From Somniosus microcephalus (taxonomy: Eukaryota): DNA of 64,000 nt. The DNA is taken from contig CM126230.1 of the NCBI GenBank assembly GCA_052327205.1, positions 43,896,001 to 43,960,000 of the forward strand, in the 5' to 3' direction. A program made the translations under genes and the position numbers. Below are positions 11,499 to 23,583 of the stretch, piece after piece. The notes under the pieces were generated by a model. The model did not search any database. It was not told the DNA's origin and saw only the letters and a program-made list of their open reading frames with translations. Every line of letters begins with the position of its first letter. Position 1 is the first letter of the stretch.

Positions 11499-13471
11499 GC
11501 AAAAATATGAGTCGCATTTCCTAGCACTGCAATTAAATACCAATAGGTACAGAAATTTTCCAATTCACATTTCATTGGCTGTCAAAGCTGTACACATTTT
11601 AACAGTAATACATTAGCAAGAATATCAAGCTTTACTAAGCAGACAATTATGAAATTACAGTAAAAATCTGTAAACAGTTTTCTACAATAAAATCTCTCAA
11701 CCCCACAACTGTACACCTGTAACTTTTATCATTGGGTAATCTTATAGGATATACACAAGGGTGTGAATGGCCCGGTACTCACTGCAGAAAAGTACCTCGC
11801 AATACCCTTTCATCAGTGGCACTATCAACGTCATGACTCCGCAGACACCACAACAGCTTGGGAGAAGTATTTACTGGCAACACTTCACATGGATCTTCAG
11901 CAGTTCGGAATACTGGCAAGTCACTATGAACTTTACAGACTTCCACAAATAAAAATCAGAATCGTACACATTATAAAAATAACAGACGAGTAGGAGAAAA
12001 TTAAAGGCAATCAGAGTCAGAGCTCACGTGTGCCTGCAGCTGAAGCTTTACTCCGATGGGCGAAGTCCTCTAAATATGACTGTCTTGTTGCCTTCTAACT
12101 TCCTTCTAGTTATCCAATCTTCATACATCAAAACTAATTTTCCCCAATTTATCACACCATCGTACTCATGCCCAGTGACCGGGTATACATGTACTTCTTC
12201 AATAATTACATTTTAACCTGCATCCTTCATTATTTTTTAACAGCAGCTTCTCATCCCTCATGGCCCTCAGTGAAACAACACCCACGCTGTCTCTCACATC
12301 AGGCCTACAATCAAGTACAATTTCAATTATATACAAATATACGGGACAGTGAATAAAGTGTCACGGTGTCTTCCATGTGGGCAGTCAGAACAGACACGTT
12401 TTAGCTCCTTCATGTGTTATAGAAAAAACAAGCTGTTCACAAATGGTAAGTACAAGCACGACCTCAGGCTGCAACCAAACAGAACTACAACTGTACTAAA
12501 CCTACACAGTAAGCTGAATTATTGTGTAATTGTTTGTCTTTTAACCCCCCTTCAAGCCCAAGAATTGACGGAACAAAGTTTTTGCAGGTCAAGCTGACAA
12601 TCGTTTGTCATGCAGTCACTCCACTTCATTAAAAGAATTAACAGGGTTCAGAGACAGAAGAGCCGAGACGCTGAATGGATCCATCCAATTCCTCTCTCCA
12701 CTACTTTAGTGGAAGTGGTAACCTGATTACATTAAATGGGCGAACACCTCGGTTAAAACAGCAGAGACAGCGATTTCAGAGGAACGCATTAAACATCCGT
12801 AAGCTGGGATCCTGCGGCATAATTGTACGGTCACCTTTAATAAGTTGAGAGATGTTGGAACCGCCAAGTCCCAACCAGAATTTGAGGTTTGTTAAAATAC
12901 AGCGCTAAAGTGGCTTTCTGCAATTTATTTTCATACAGAACATTTCAACTTGATCGATTTGGAATGAGTTCAATGGGTTATTAAATTGTCTTTATTACAA
13001 TTACATCAGAAAATGCCTGTTGCAGCTTGACAATATGTAAACCACAAAAGGCATTTCGATCATTAGACTGTCGTACAGAATGCTGCACATTTTATATCAA
13101 GATCCTAATTAGTAGAGTGGCTATTACTGTGGTACAACAAAAAATAATTCTGTCTATCCACAGGAGAGCAGTGCAGTTATTATATCCAGCATCAGAACTC
13201 TAAACACAATTCCTAAATAGTAACTGAAAAGTTTGAATTTTAGGTTTTATAATTTAAATATATTCAATCTTTAGCCTTCATCATTTTTCATTTATACCAA
13301 CCATTAAATGCACTTTCAATTTTTAACATCACAGTTGGTAAGTGATCATTTTTACAGTGTTACCTATACATTCAGTTAGTGGCAGTACCAGTGTTTAGTC
13401 CAAGCATTAGCCTACTTTAAGATAAATTGCTTCTGACAGTCATTGCTTTTGGCTGACCTCGATCACAAGGG

Positions 13472-14223
13472 TCAGTGTCGGGGCTTAAACCGCGCCATGT
13501 ACACACTGCAGTTCCGGCAGTACACCTCGGCAGCATCGATGAACACCAGCTGGCATAAAGCGCACTGATGCCCCCAGGTGGCTAGCTGTGGAGTAGTCTG
13601 TTCCGTCACTGGTCGGCCAGCAGATGGCCGTCTCGTATACACACCAGTATCGCTGGTCCTTGCAGGAGTGCGAGGGGCCAAATGCTTCCTCTCACTGGGC
13701 TGAGGCTGGGTATAAGTTGCCTTCCTCCAATCCTCATCTGGAGGAACATCAAGGCGGACTGGACCTGCAGAGTTGGAGCATGAAGACTTGTGATAAGGGG
13801 ATTTTGGAGGGTCCAAGGTATTTGCCGCGTTGTTGTTTTTTGGAAAAGTGTTCTGGCCAGTGCCAAGCACGGGTCTGTAATGCACAGGAAAACGGTCAGC
13901 ACAACCATAACTATCGGGCACCTCAGTCCTAGTTTGGTGTGGAGGCCTGCTCAATGCGGTTATGCTGGATGGATCTCTGCGAAGTTGCTCCACTTTTCTC
14001 TTGTCTGGCAGCACTGCTCGGATGCCTTGAGCCAGTCTCTGCTTGATGACATTCTTATTCTCGACATGCATCTGGTCTATTCTGCTGGGTCTCTGTCCTT
14101 TACTCAAACTCCTCTGAGAGCGTGGCAGTGTGCCATAGTTCACTGCAACGTTCTGGTAGTTCTCATGGTTGAGAGCTTCACCCCGGTCAAACACAGCCAG
14201 AAATTTTTCGATGTTCTTATCTG
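13472..14223 (-). CDS. USP54: USP54 last coding exon (..IEKFLAVFDRGE..RLDVPPDEDWR..CALC..CRNC..RFKPRH*)
   Basis: ORF 13472..14275; tandem AAG/CAG acceptor (start 14223 or 14220), phase 1; TGA at 13472-13474. Confidence 0.92.
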
Positions 14224-15856
14224 CTTTCACAAGAAACAGAAAAAGGTAATTACTGAGGATTTTGATCAGGGACAAAACTGTATTAACTACACATTCAAAA
14301 ATCTAGCACAAGAACTTCCACACTGGTTCCCCAATGGCCCACTGTAACTTTGGTAGAAACCTTGGAGAAATGGCTGTCCCAACCCAACTTCTGCCGAAGT
14401 TATGGCAGATCATCACAAGAACCCCCAGAGAAATTCCAGCCATAGTCTTCAGCTACACATCAAGAGCTGGAGAGCGAGTGAGCAAGAGGACATTTTGTAT
14501 CCCTACAGATTTCTTCTCAAGTCATGAAAAATATTTTTATATATTAGTGCAAATAATTGTTTTAATGTGTCCTAGCAGACATTTAGCCACGGAATCACTT
14601 GTTACATCTGGCTTAAAGGGTTTGTAACGAAGTTGCCTCTGTCACTGATGCTGTGTGGTGTCCATTACTGCATCAGATACGAGCACAATGTTTCACCTGC
14701 ATTCATAGAATTTACCAATGTTGAGACTGAATAAGGTACCACTGAAGTCCTTCACTTTCACAAGTGGCTTTTTAAATGACATTAATGGCCCTGTAGATCA
14801 GCAACAATCATCACTCGTCTTCAGCACAGGAGACGACTATTCGGCCCATTGTGCCGATACTGGCTCTCTGAAAGAGCTATCCACTTAGTTGTAGTTTCTT
14901 GCCCCTTTGGTGTACCGTTTTAAATTTGTAATTTTCAAATATTTATTCACTTCCTTTTTAGAAGTCATGATTAATTCTGTTTCCACCACTGTTTCGAGAT
15001 GAGCATTTCATGCTCCAACAACTCTGCATTTAAAAAAAAAATTCTAACCACCCCTTCGATCTATTGAGGTTCTTAAATTTATGACTTCTAATTACTGGTT
15101 CAGTGAACAATGAAAATAGTTTTCCTTTATTTATTCATTCATTCATTCACACAATTTTGAACATCTTGATCAGGTCTCTCTTAGCTTCCTCTGTTGGAGT
15201 GAAGAGTGCCCCAGTTTCTTCAGTCTCAACTCAATGAAAGCTTCTCATTTCTGATACCATCTTAGCAACTCTCTTCTGCACCCTCTCTATGGCCATAATG
15301 TCCTGGTATTTTAAAAATTGCTTTACAAGATCCCAATGGTAACAATTTCAAAGTAGGCACAAACAATTTTGATGAGCTGCTATATAACTAACATTGCATC
15401 CATTCACGATGCATCAGATTTAACCCGTTGCAACGTTTTGTTCCTGGTCATTTAATAATTTTAAATATTACTACAATATTAAAACAACAAATGCCATGAA
15501 CCTGTCAGAAATGATAGTGTATTAGCATTTTTCAAATTACTGCTATATGCTGAATCTGAATGTTACAATTATAATGCCTCAGTACCTGGTCAAACTAATG
15601 CTGCCTCTTGCACTTAGTGCCAGTAAACATTAAAACATAGTGTTACGCTGCAAGAAAAAGTTGCCATGTAAAGTAATCTCTTCAATACCATGTTGATGAT
15701 CATTTCATATTTGAAGACCAGCTCAGAAGTAATGATAACAATACAACAATGGAAGGGAAATGAGCCGGACAAGGACAGTCAGTCATGCAACCTTACATAC
15801 GATGGATACGCGTACAGAAAAGGAGATGCAAATGCAAGTCGAGAAGCCAAGATTAC

Positions 15857-16052
15857 CTGATGCTCTGTTTGCCTCACCAGCCTTGCTGGGCTGCAGTGGA
15901 TCAGACGGAAGGTGCGGTGATAGGTAGGGATGGTGCTGTGGGCAAGAGGTTAACACAATAGGATCATGGGAGGGAGCTTGGGACGTGGTCAAGGAAGAGG
16001 AACTGACCGATCTTTGTCGAGGCTCCACGTGTTTTCTCAGAGTTGCTGTTTC
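15857..16052 (-). CDS. USP54: USP54 exon: ETATLRKHVEPRQRSVSSSSL...HDPIVL...AGEANRAS
   Basis: aag|GAA ... G|gtaatc, 196 nt, phase 0-1. Confidence 0.87.
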
Positions 16053-16250
16053 CTTGCAACATAAAATGGACATAACTGTCAGATGCAGAGACTTTCCAAA
16101 AAGACAGACAGAAAATGAATTGCTTCAAATTTATTCCCCTAAACCTCTTCCACAATGTTAAGCAATTCACTAAGATCATAACACTAGAATAAACAAAACA
16201 TTAAAAAAAAATCATTTACAGGTCTATATTGCCGCAGGAAGTTTACTTAC

Positions 16251-16391
16251 GACACTGTGAGAAGTAACCACAGGATTATCTCTGTTAGCAAGGATGGTTC
16301 CACTCAGGCTGCGAGCGATACGGCGGAAATTCTCTGCACTGTAATCATCATTTTCCATATTTTCTCTTGGAGCAAATTCATTGAAGTGTAC
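16251..16391 (-). CDS. USP54: USP54 exon: VHFNEFAPRENMENDDYSAENFRRIARSLSGTILANRDNPVVTSHSV
   Basis: Read manually; aag|GTA ... GTC|gtaagt, 141 nt; acceptor position less certain. Confidence 0.87.
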
Positions 16392-17377
16392 CTTATCAGA
16401 TTAGAGGATAAAAATCAATACAGGAGACTGATTAAACCCTCATGGCAGCAGCAAAAGTTCTGTAACAAAGCAAAATATATGTCCTTTCAAGTACAGGGGC
16501 TCAGAATAAATCCAGCTAAAGGCTAAAGAGTGGAGGTCTCTTCAGAAACTCCAGCCATTTATATTGGTCATAAATGGATATAACAGCAATCTCAACTAAA
16601 CGTGGCAGAGCTTACAGTGAAAGGAAGCATCCACGTAGTGGATACTTAGAGAACAGCACAAAAGGTTAAAGTCGAGGGAGAGCTTTGAAATGCATTTGGA
16701 TCATGCATTAACTATATGTAAACCTTGGTAGCATATAAAATAATGTAACAGGATAGCAAACTCCCAAGCTTGACTCATCTACCGTCAATAGTTATGGCTG
16801 GTTCTTGACCAGCTTTTAAATGGATCCTTCGTAACACAGTGCTTCATTTCTGTAGGATCCTCATGAGAAGGTTGGTGCTGCCCATTAGAAGCACCGCTTG
16901 CATTGCCCAATCGAGCAACAGCTAGCCATGGTCAGGCAGCTCCGACCTGCTCCCATGTCGCTCCAAAGTCACCACTCCCATTGCAATGATGGAGCAGCTC
17001 CTCGGGCTGGGGGAGGATGGTGGTTCTTCCCCGTCAATGCTGCTGAAGCAGCCAAGAGCCACATCACTACTGAAGGAAAAAATAAATTAGCAATAGGGGA
17101 GTACTTTGAATTAAAAGGACTCCACAAAACCTGCCTTTTCCTTTAACCAGTTTAGAAGAGTAACCCTTCCCCCCCCCCCCCCCCAAATACACCATGATAT
17201 TTCCAAATCCAACACCACCCATATTGATAGCCTGAGAGAGACTGCCAATTTAATGGAAATTAGTACACATGATGGGCAACATCATAGGGTAGATAAGACA
17301 TTTTCTATTCACTTCTGAATAAAATTGATAAAGCAAAAGGGACAATAAGTATCTTTTCCTGCTAAGTTTTCAAGTAC

Positions 17378-17511
17378 CTTTGCACTGACTGGTACGGGTG
17401 CTCCGTAGGATACTGTCCCATAAGCACTGCGCTCAATCTCCGCGGTCGGAGTCTTTGAGCGACCTCTTTCAGGCAGAGAGAAGTGTTTTCTTGTAACTGT
17501 ATGTGCAGAAA
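17378..17511 (-). CDS. USP54: USP54 exon: VSAHTVTRKHFSLPERGRSKTPTAEIERSAYGTVSYGAPVPVSAK
   Basis: tag|TT ... AAG|gtactt, 134 nt, phase 1-0; SKTPTAEIE resembles human SKTSTAEME. Confidence 0.88.
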
Positions 17512-17995
17512 CTAGAGGAGGCACAAAAATCGAAGAGACATTAACACTTGCTTTACTGGAAGAGCTGAATAAATAACACGCTATAATTAGGTCTTTAATT
17601 AGTCCAGTCTTCAAAGGGTGACGCTTCACTCTACAACAATATTATTCCTTAATTACTGTATTCACAAAAATTATACGTGAAGCAAGATGTTCATTAAAAG
17701 CCTAGTAATTCGATGTAAACCGCGCTATACAGCGCTTAGAAAAGATTCTGGAAATGTCTTTGTTTAGTATACGCTCAGTGGGCCTGGATATCTCTGGTCG
17801 CAATGGTGCTCTAGACTTTTTCAGTACCTTCCAGAGTCTAAAATCAACTGATGGTGCACCACTCTGGCTCACATTTTCCAAATGGGGTCCGTGGGGCGAT
17901 CAGATACCTGTCCGTCTGCGGCCAGGCATACTGTGCACGACAATGTCACAAAAGCAGCATTTTCCCCGGATTTGTTGACTTATTAACAGATCGTT

Positions 17996-18112
17996 TTCTT
18001 CTGCTGTATTCTGATTTTAAAAAAGGTTCCCTGCAATGATGCCACTCTTTTCCTTTGGGAAAGTGTCTTTTGGAAGTTAAGACAAGAGATCTCTTGGAGC
18101 ATGTTAATATTT
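17996..18112 (+). repeat. ~116-bp direct repeat, copy 1 (copy 2 at 23513-23628)
   Basis: Near-identical TTCTTCTGCTGTATTCTG...GCATGTTAATATTT at both sites. Confidence 0.95.
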
Positions 18113-18225
18113 TCAGCTTGTCTCTCACTCTGCCAGCGCAATTTACACTTCATCTAGAGCCATCCTTTGTTTCTTAACCTGTCCCATTACCATCTCCTCT
18201 CGCCTTGAATATCTCTTAACATCTC

Positions 18226-18441
18226 TGTGGTAATTATTCTTTATGTTAGTAAGAAGTATTGTGATTGGTTGTTTGTTTCCTGCCTTGGGATATATGCTGT
18301 AATCTCATTGGTAGTTGAGGTCATGTGATTTGTGGTGGCCATCTTAAATTCAGTTCTTTCCAGCCTTTAGTTGGGACTGGGTGTTGAAGATGTGCTACAG
18401 ATGTGCCTTAGATTAGAAAGGCAAATCTATTCTTTATTTCA
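18226..18441 (+). repeat. 5' LTR (216 bp)
   Basis: Differs from the 3' LTR by one substitution, two small indels and one 21-to-8-nt replacement. Confidence 0.95.
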
Positions 18442-18462
18442 ATTTATTAACTTTATGTCAGA

Positions 18463-21400
18463 ATGGAGCGATATCTTCAACCAGAACGATTCAATGCTGA
18501 CCCTAATTCTGCAGGAGTGGATGATAAATGGAAACACTGGTATTGTACATTTAAAAACTTTTTGGGCGTGTTGGATCAAGAGTCTCTAAATAAGCTGAAT
18601 ATGCTGATCAACTACATTGCTCCGGATGTGTATAAGTATATTTTGGACTGTAAAACTTACGAAGTGTCTATTTCTACATTGGAAAAGATTTTTGTTAAAC
18701 CAAAGAATGAGGTATTTGCACGTCACCTTCTATCTACCCGTAGGCAGCAGGTGGGAGAATCTTTGGATACTTATTTACAAGCACTTCGGTGCCTTAGTAT
18801 TAACTGTAATTATAAGGCCGTGACGGCTGAAGAATATAAGGAAGAATCGGTACGGGATGCTTTTATTAATGGATTACTGTCTAGATCAATTCGTCAGCGG
18901 TTGTTAGAAAATAAGACTTTGGATCTTAAGAGTGCTTTTGAGCAAGGTTCTACATTGGATGTGGCTCAGAGAAGTTCGGATTCTTATGCTCTTTTTAATC
19001 GGCCTGTGACTGTGGTTTCGGCAGTTCCGGATGAAAAGGAATTATGTGGACTTAATAGGAGTGGTTTACTAGATTCTGAAACAGTTTCTACTTCAGCGGC
19101 TGTTGCCTCTAGGATTCAGAAGTGTTATTTTTGTGGGAACGTCCGGCACCCTCGTCTGAAGTGTCCTGCTCGGGAGGCTGTGTGTAGTAAATGCGGCAAG
19201 AGAGGTCATTACGCACGTGTGTGTAAATCATCAGGTTCAATTACCTCCTCTGTGACTATTCAGCCTTTAGATAGGGCGTTTATTGCATCAATTTCTGCTG
19301 CATTTGCTCATGGCCTAAACAAAGCTATAGTTACGGCCCAAGTTAATGGGTTGGAAGTGAAGGCCCTTATAGATACGGGCAGTACCGAGAGTTTTATAAG
19401 TCTTCAGTTTGCAAAGGAGAAGCATTTAAAAATTTCGCCTGTTTCCTATCAGGTGTGTATGGCTCAGACGACTCTCACTTCACAAGTAGCTGGTTGTTGC
19501 CTTGTGAAATTGATTCTTCTAGGTAATACGTATACTGATATACGCCTATCTGTTTTGCCTAATCTCTGTGCGGATATTTTGATTGGTCATGATGTGCTTC
19601 AGTTACACGAGTCTCTCAGTCTTTCATTTGGAGGGACTAAGCCACCTTTATCTATTTGTGGATTAACCTCTTTATCCATTTCTCCATTATCACTTTTTTC
19701 CAATTTGATGCCGGATTGTAAGCCAATTGCTACCAAATCAAGAAGGTATAGCAGTCAGGATAGAGAATTTATTAATTCTGAAGTTCAACGTCTCTTATTG
19801 GAAGGAATCATTGAACCTAGTTGTTCGCCTTGGCGGGCACAGGTAGTTGTCACGACTAACGAGAGACATAAGAAACGAATGGTGATAGACTATTCCCAAA
19901 CTATTAATAGGTATACTCAATTAGATGCGTACCCTTTGCCTAAGATTGATGAGCTTATCAATAAAGTATCTCCGTATAAGGTTTTTAGCACTATTGACCT
20001 AAAGAGTGCTTATCATCAGATTCCTATTGTTAAGAAGGATCAACCATATACAGCCTTTGAGGCTGGTGGAAAGCTGTATCAGTTTTGCCGAATACCATTT
20101 GGTGTTACTAATGGTGTTGCTTGTTTTCAACGGGCAATGGATGCTTTTATAAGTGATAACTCTCTCTCTGACACCTTTTCATACTTAGATGACATCACGG
20201 TGTGTGGCAAATCAAGGGTGGAGCATGATTCTAATTCAGAAAGATTCCTTCAAGCTGCGGAAAAAGTTGGTTTAACTTTCAATAAAGAGAAGTGTACCTT
20301 TTCGACCACTGAGGTAAATCTACTGGGGTACATTATCTCGGGAAACAAGATTAAACCAGACCCAGAACGTCTGCGACCATTGATTGATTTACCTTATCCT
20401 ACTAATTCTAAGGCTTTGCAATGAGTTGTTGGACTGTTTTCTTACTATTCTAATTGGATTGCAAATTTTTCACAGAAGATCCGGCCTCTTATTCGGGTTA
20501 CGACATATCCTCTATCATGGGAGGCCAGGACGTGTTTTGATAATTTTAAAAAGGATATCCTTGGAGCAGTTGTGCATTCTATTGATGAGCAGGTTCCTTT
20601 TGTGATCGAGACGGACGCTTCTGATTTTGCAATTGGGGCTACTCTGAACCAAAATGGAAGACCTGTGGCCTTTTTCTCACGTACCTTGAACAATAGTGAA
20701 AAAAGGCATTCTTCAATAGAGAAAGAGGCGTATGCAATAGTAGAAGCACTGCGTAAATGGAGACATTATTTATCGGGACGACATTTTACGTTGGTAACTG
20801 ATCAAAAGTCTGTGTCCTTTATGTTTGATGTCAAACATTTTGGAAAGATTAAGAATGATAAAATAATGAGGTGGAGGATTGAGTTGGCATGTTACCATTT
20901 TGATATAGTTTATCGACCGGGGAAGGATAATGTTGCTGCTGATGCGCTGTCGAGGGCTTATTGTTCTGTGATTCACGGAGATACGCTTATTAATCTTCAT
21001 AATGCCTTATGCCATCCTGGGGTTACGAGGATGATACACTTCGTACGCAGTAAGAATTTGCCCTTTTCAGTTGAAGACGTCAAGCGGATGACTTCATCAT
21101 GTTCTATCTGTGCTCGGTGTAAACCGAATTTCTTTAAGCCTCAACAAGCTCATCTTATAAAGGCTACATCTCCTTTTGAACGTTTGAGCGTCGATTTTAA
21201 GGGGCCTCTTCCTTCAACTACTCAAAACCGATATATATTTACTGTTGTGGATGAGTTTTCAAGGTTCCCTTTTGCTTTTCCTTGCGCAGATGTATCAGCT
21301 GCTACAGTTATCAAATGTCTGACTCAACTTTTTGTCATCTTTGGGATGCCTGCGTATATCCATTCGGATCAGGGAAGTTCTTTTATGTCTTCCCAGTTGA

Positions 21401-22167
21401 AGGAATACCTTCAGAGTCGGGGAATTTCTACTAGCAGAACTACCCTGTACAATCCCCAGGGTAATGGACAGTGCGAATGATACAATGGGGTGATCTGGAA
21501 GGCAGTTATGTTGGCTTTGACATCCCGGAACCTTAAGAATACACAGTGGGAAATGGTACTGCCTGATGCCCTGCATTCCATTAGATCATTGCTTTCAACG
21601 GCTACTAATGTGACCCCCCATGAAAGGCTCTTTAACTATCCGCGGAGATCTACTACGGGATATTCGGTACCTTCATGGCTTACTATGCAAGGACCTGTGC
21701 TGCTTCGACGCCATGTTAGATTGTCAAAATATGATCCTTTAGTGGAGGAGGTGGAGCTGTTGGAGGCAAATTCCCAATATGCTCACATTCGATTCCAAGA
21801 TGGGAAAGAAAGTACCGTTTCAATTAAAGACTTGGCTCCTTGTGGTGGCCAGCCTTCTTCTGAGGATATTAACAATAGTCATGATTCAGATAATGTGGAT
21901 GCTGTTACAAATACTACGAATATTTCCAATCCGACTGCAGATAATTATACTTCTATTAGTCAGCCCTCGATGGATGTTCATGACCGTCCCAGTTTACCTC
22001 CTGATGGGATTTCTAATCCGGAAACCGTTGAAAATCGGGATATGGATAGCCTTCCTGCAGAAGATACTTCTGTCTCTCCTGGTGTGGGAGGGCAAGGAAT
22101 TTCACCAAGGTTAAGAAGGTCGACACGAACAAGATATCCGGTCGACCGATTGAAAATGGACTTTTAA
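18463..22167 (+). pseudogene. Gypsy gag-pol single reading frame with two premature TGA stops (20422-24, 21478-80)
   Basis: ORFs 18463, 20572 and 21490 share one frame. Two Zn knuckles (CYFC..H..C, CSKC..H..C), protease LIDTGS, RT YLDD, RNase H ETDAS, integrase HHCC and D-D-E (VDF, SDQG, CE). Confidence 0.95.
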
Positions 22168-22389
22168 ATTGATAGTAATGTTTTAAAATTGTTGAAATAT
22201 TATATTATATTGTTTTAGTTGAGAGATACTTAATACTTATGTGCAATGTTACTATTTGTTGTTGCTCACTTAGTATTGTGTCATGTTGAATAGTTTTATT
22301 TTGTCTGTGCATAGTTTTAGTTGTAAATAATTAATCATAAATTGTAAAGGCTATTTAGGTTGGAGTATATTTTTAAAAGGAGGGGTGAA

Positions 22390-22612
22390 TGTGGTGATTA
22401 TTCTTTGTTAGTAAGAAGTATTGTGATTGGTTGTTTCCTGCCTTGGGATATATGCTGTAATCTCATTGGTAGTTGAGGTCATGTGATTTGTGGTGGCCAT
22501 CTTAAATTCAGTTCTTTCCAGCCTTTAGTTGGGACTGGGTGTTGAAGATGTGCTACAGGATTTTTAAGTTAATATAGCCTAGATTAGAAAGGCAAATCTA
22601 TTCTTTATTTCA
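22390..22612 (+). repeat. 3' LTR (223 bp)
   Basis: Follows the PPT, ends in CA plus the TSD. Confidence 0.95.
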
Positions 22613-22618
22613 ATCTCT

Positions 22619-23512
22619 CATAGAAATATAGAAGATAGGAGCAGGAGTAGGCCATTCGGCCCCTCAAGCCTGCTCCGCCATTCAGTGCGATCATGGCCGA
22701 TCATCTAAACTCAGTACCCGGTCCCTGCTTTCTCCCCATACCCTTGATCCCTTTAGCCTTGAGAAATATATCCAGCTCCTTCTTGAATATATTTAATGAA
22801 TTGGCCTCAACTGCCTTCTGTGGTAGAGAATTCCACAGGTTCACCACTCTCTGGGTGAAGAAATTCCTCCTCATCTCTGTCCTAAATGGCTTACCCCTTA
22901 CCTTTAGACTATGACCCCTGGTTCTGGACTCCCCCACCATCGGGAACATCCTTCCTGCATCTAGTCTGTCTAGTCCTGTTAGAATTTTATAAGTTTCAAT
23001 GAGATCCCCTCTCATTCTTCTAAACTCCAGCGAGTATAAGCCCAATCGACCCAATCTCTCCTCATACGTCTGGTGAATCTTCACTGTACTCCCTCCATGG
23101 CAAGAACATCCTTCCTCAGATAAGGCGACCAAAACGGCACACAATACTCAAGGTGTGGTCTCACCAAGGCCCTGTACAACTGCAGCAAGACATCCTTGTT
23201 CCTGTACTCGAATCCTCTCGCTATGAAGACCAACATACCATTTGCCTTCTTAACCGCCTGCTGCACCTGCATGCTTACCTTCAGCGACTGGTGCACAAGG
23301 ACACCCAGGTCTCGTACTTCCCCTTCTCCCAATCTATTGCCGTTCAGATAATAATCTGCCTTCCTGTTTTTGCCACCAAAGTGGATAACCTCGCATTTAT
23401 CCACATTATACTGCATCTGCCATATCACCCAACCTGTCCAAATCATACTGGAGTTTCTCAGCATCCTCCTCACAGCACACCCCCCCCACCCAGCTTTGTG
23501 TCGTCTGCAAAC
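22619..23512 (-). mobile_element. CR1 LINE, 5'-truncated, young, with internal deletions
   Basis: ORFs 23081..23473 and 22701..23144 encode the CR1 RT C-terminus (WQMQYNVDKCEVIHFG, LVRPHLEYC, FFTQRVVNLWNSLP); TTTCTATG-type tail at 22619. Confidence 0.93.
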
Positions 23513-23583
23513 TTCTTCTGCTGTATTCTGATTAAAAAAAGGTTCCCTGCAATGATGCCACGCTTTTCCTTTGGGAAAGTGTC

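Larger units (their letters stand above)
18226..22612 (+). mobile_element. Full-length Ty3/Gypsy (Mag-like) LTR retrotransposon, antisense in a USP54 intron
   Basis: TG...CA LTRs 18226-18441 and 22390-22612; ATCTC TSD at 18221-25 and 22613-17; polypurine tract AAAAGGAGGGGTGAA before the 3' LTR; domain order PR-RT-RH-IN. Confidence 0.97.

Noticed and set aside
13790-14347. 185-aa ORF antisense to the last USP54 exon
   Set aside because: Shadow ORF of the real coding exon.
16780-17070. GC-rich exon-like block with a strong minus-strand acceptor (ttccttcag)
   Set aside because: In the required phase 0 it begins TAG TGA, and the flanking exons join cleanly without it; a poison or terminal exon cannot be supported without RNA data.
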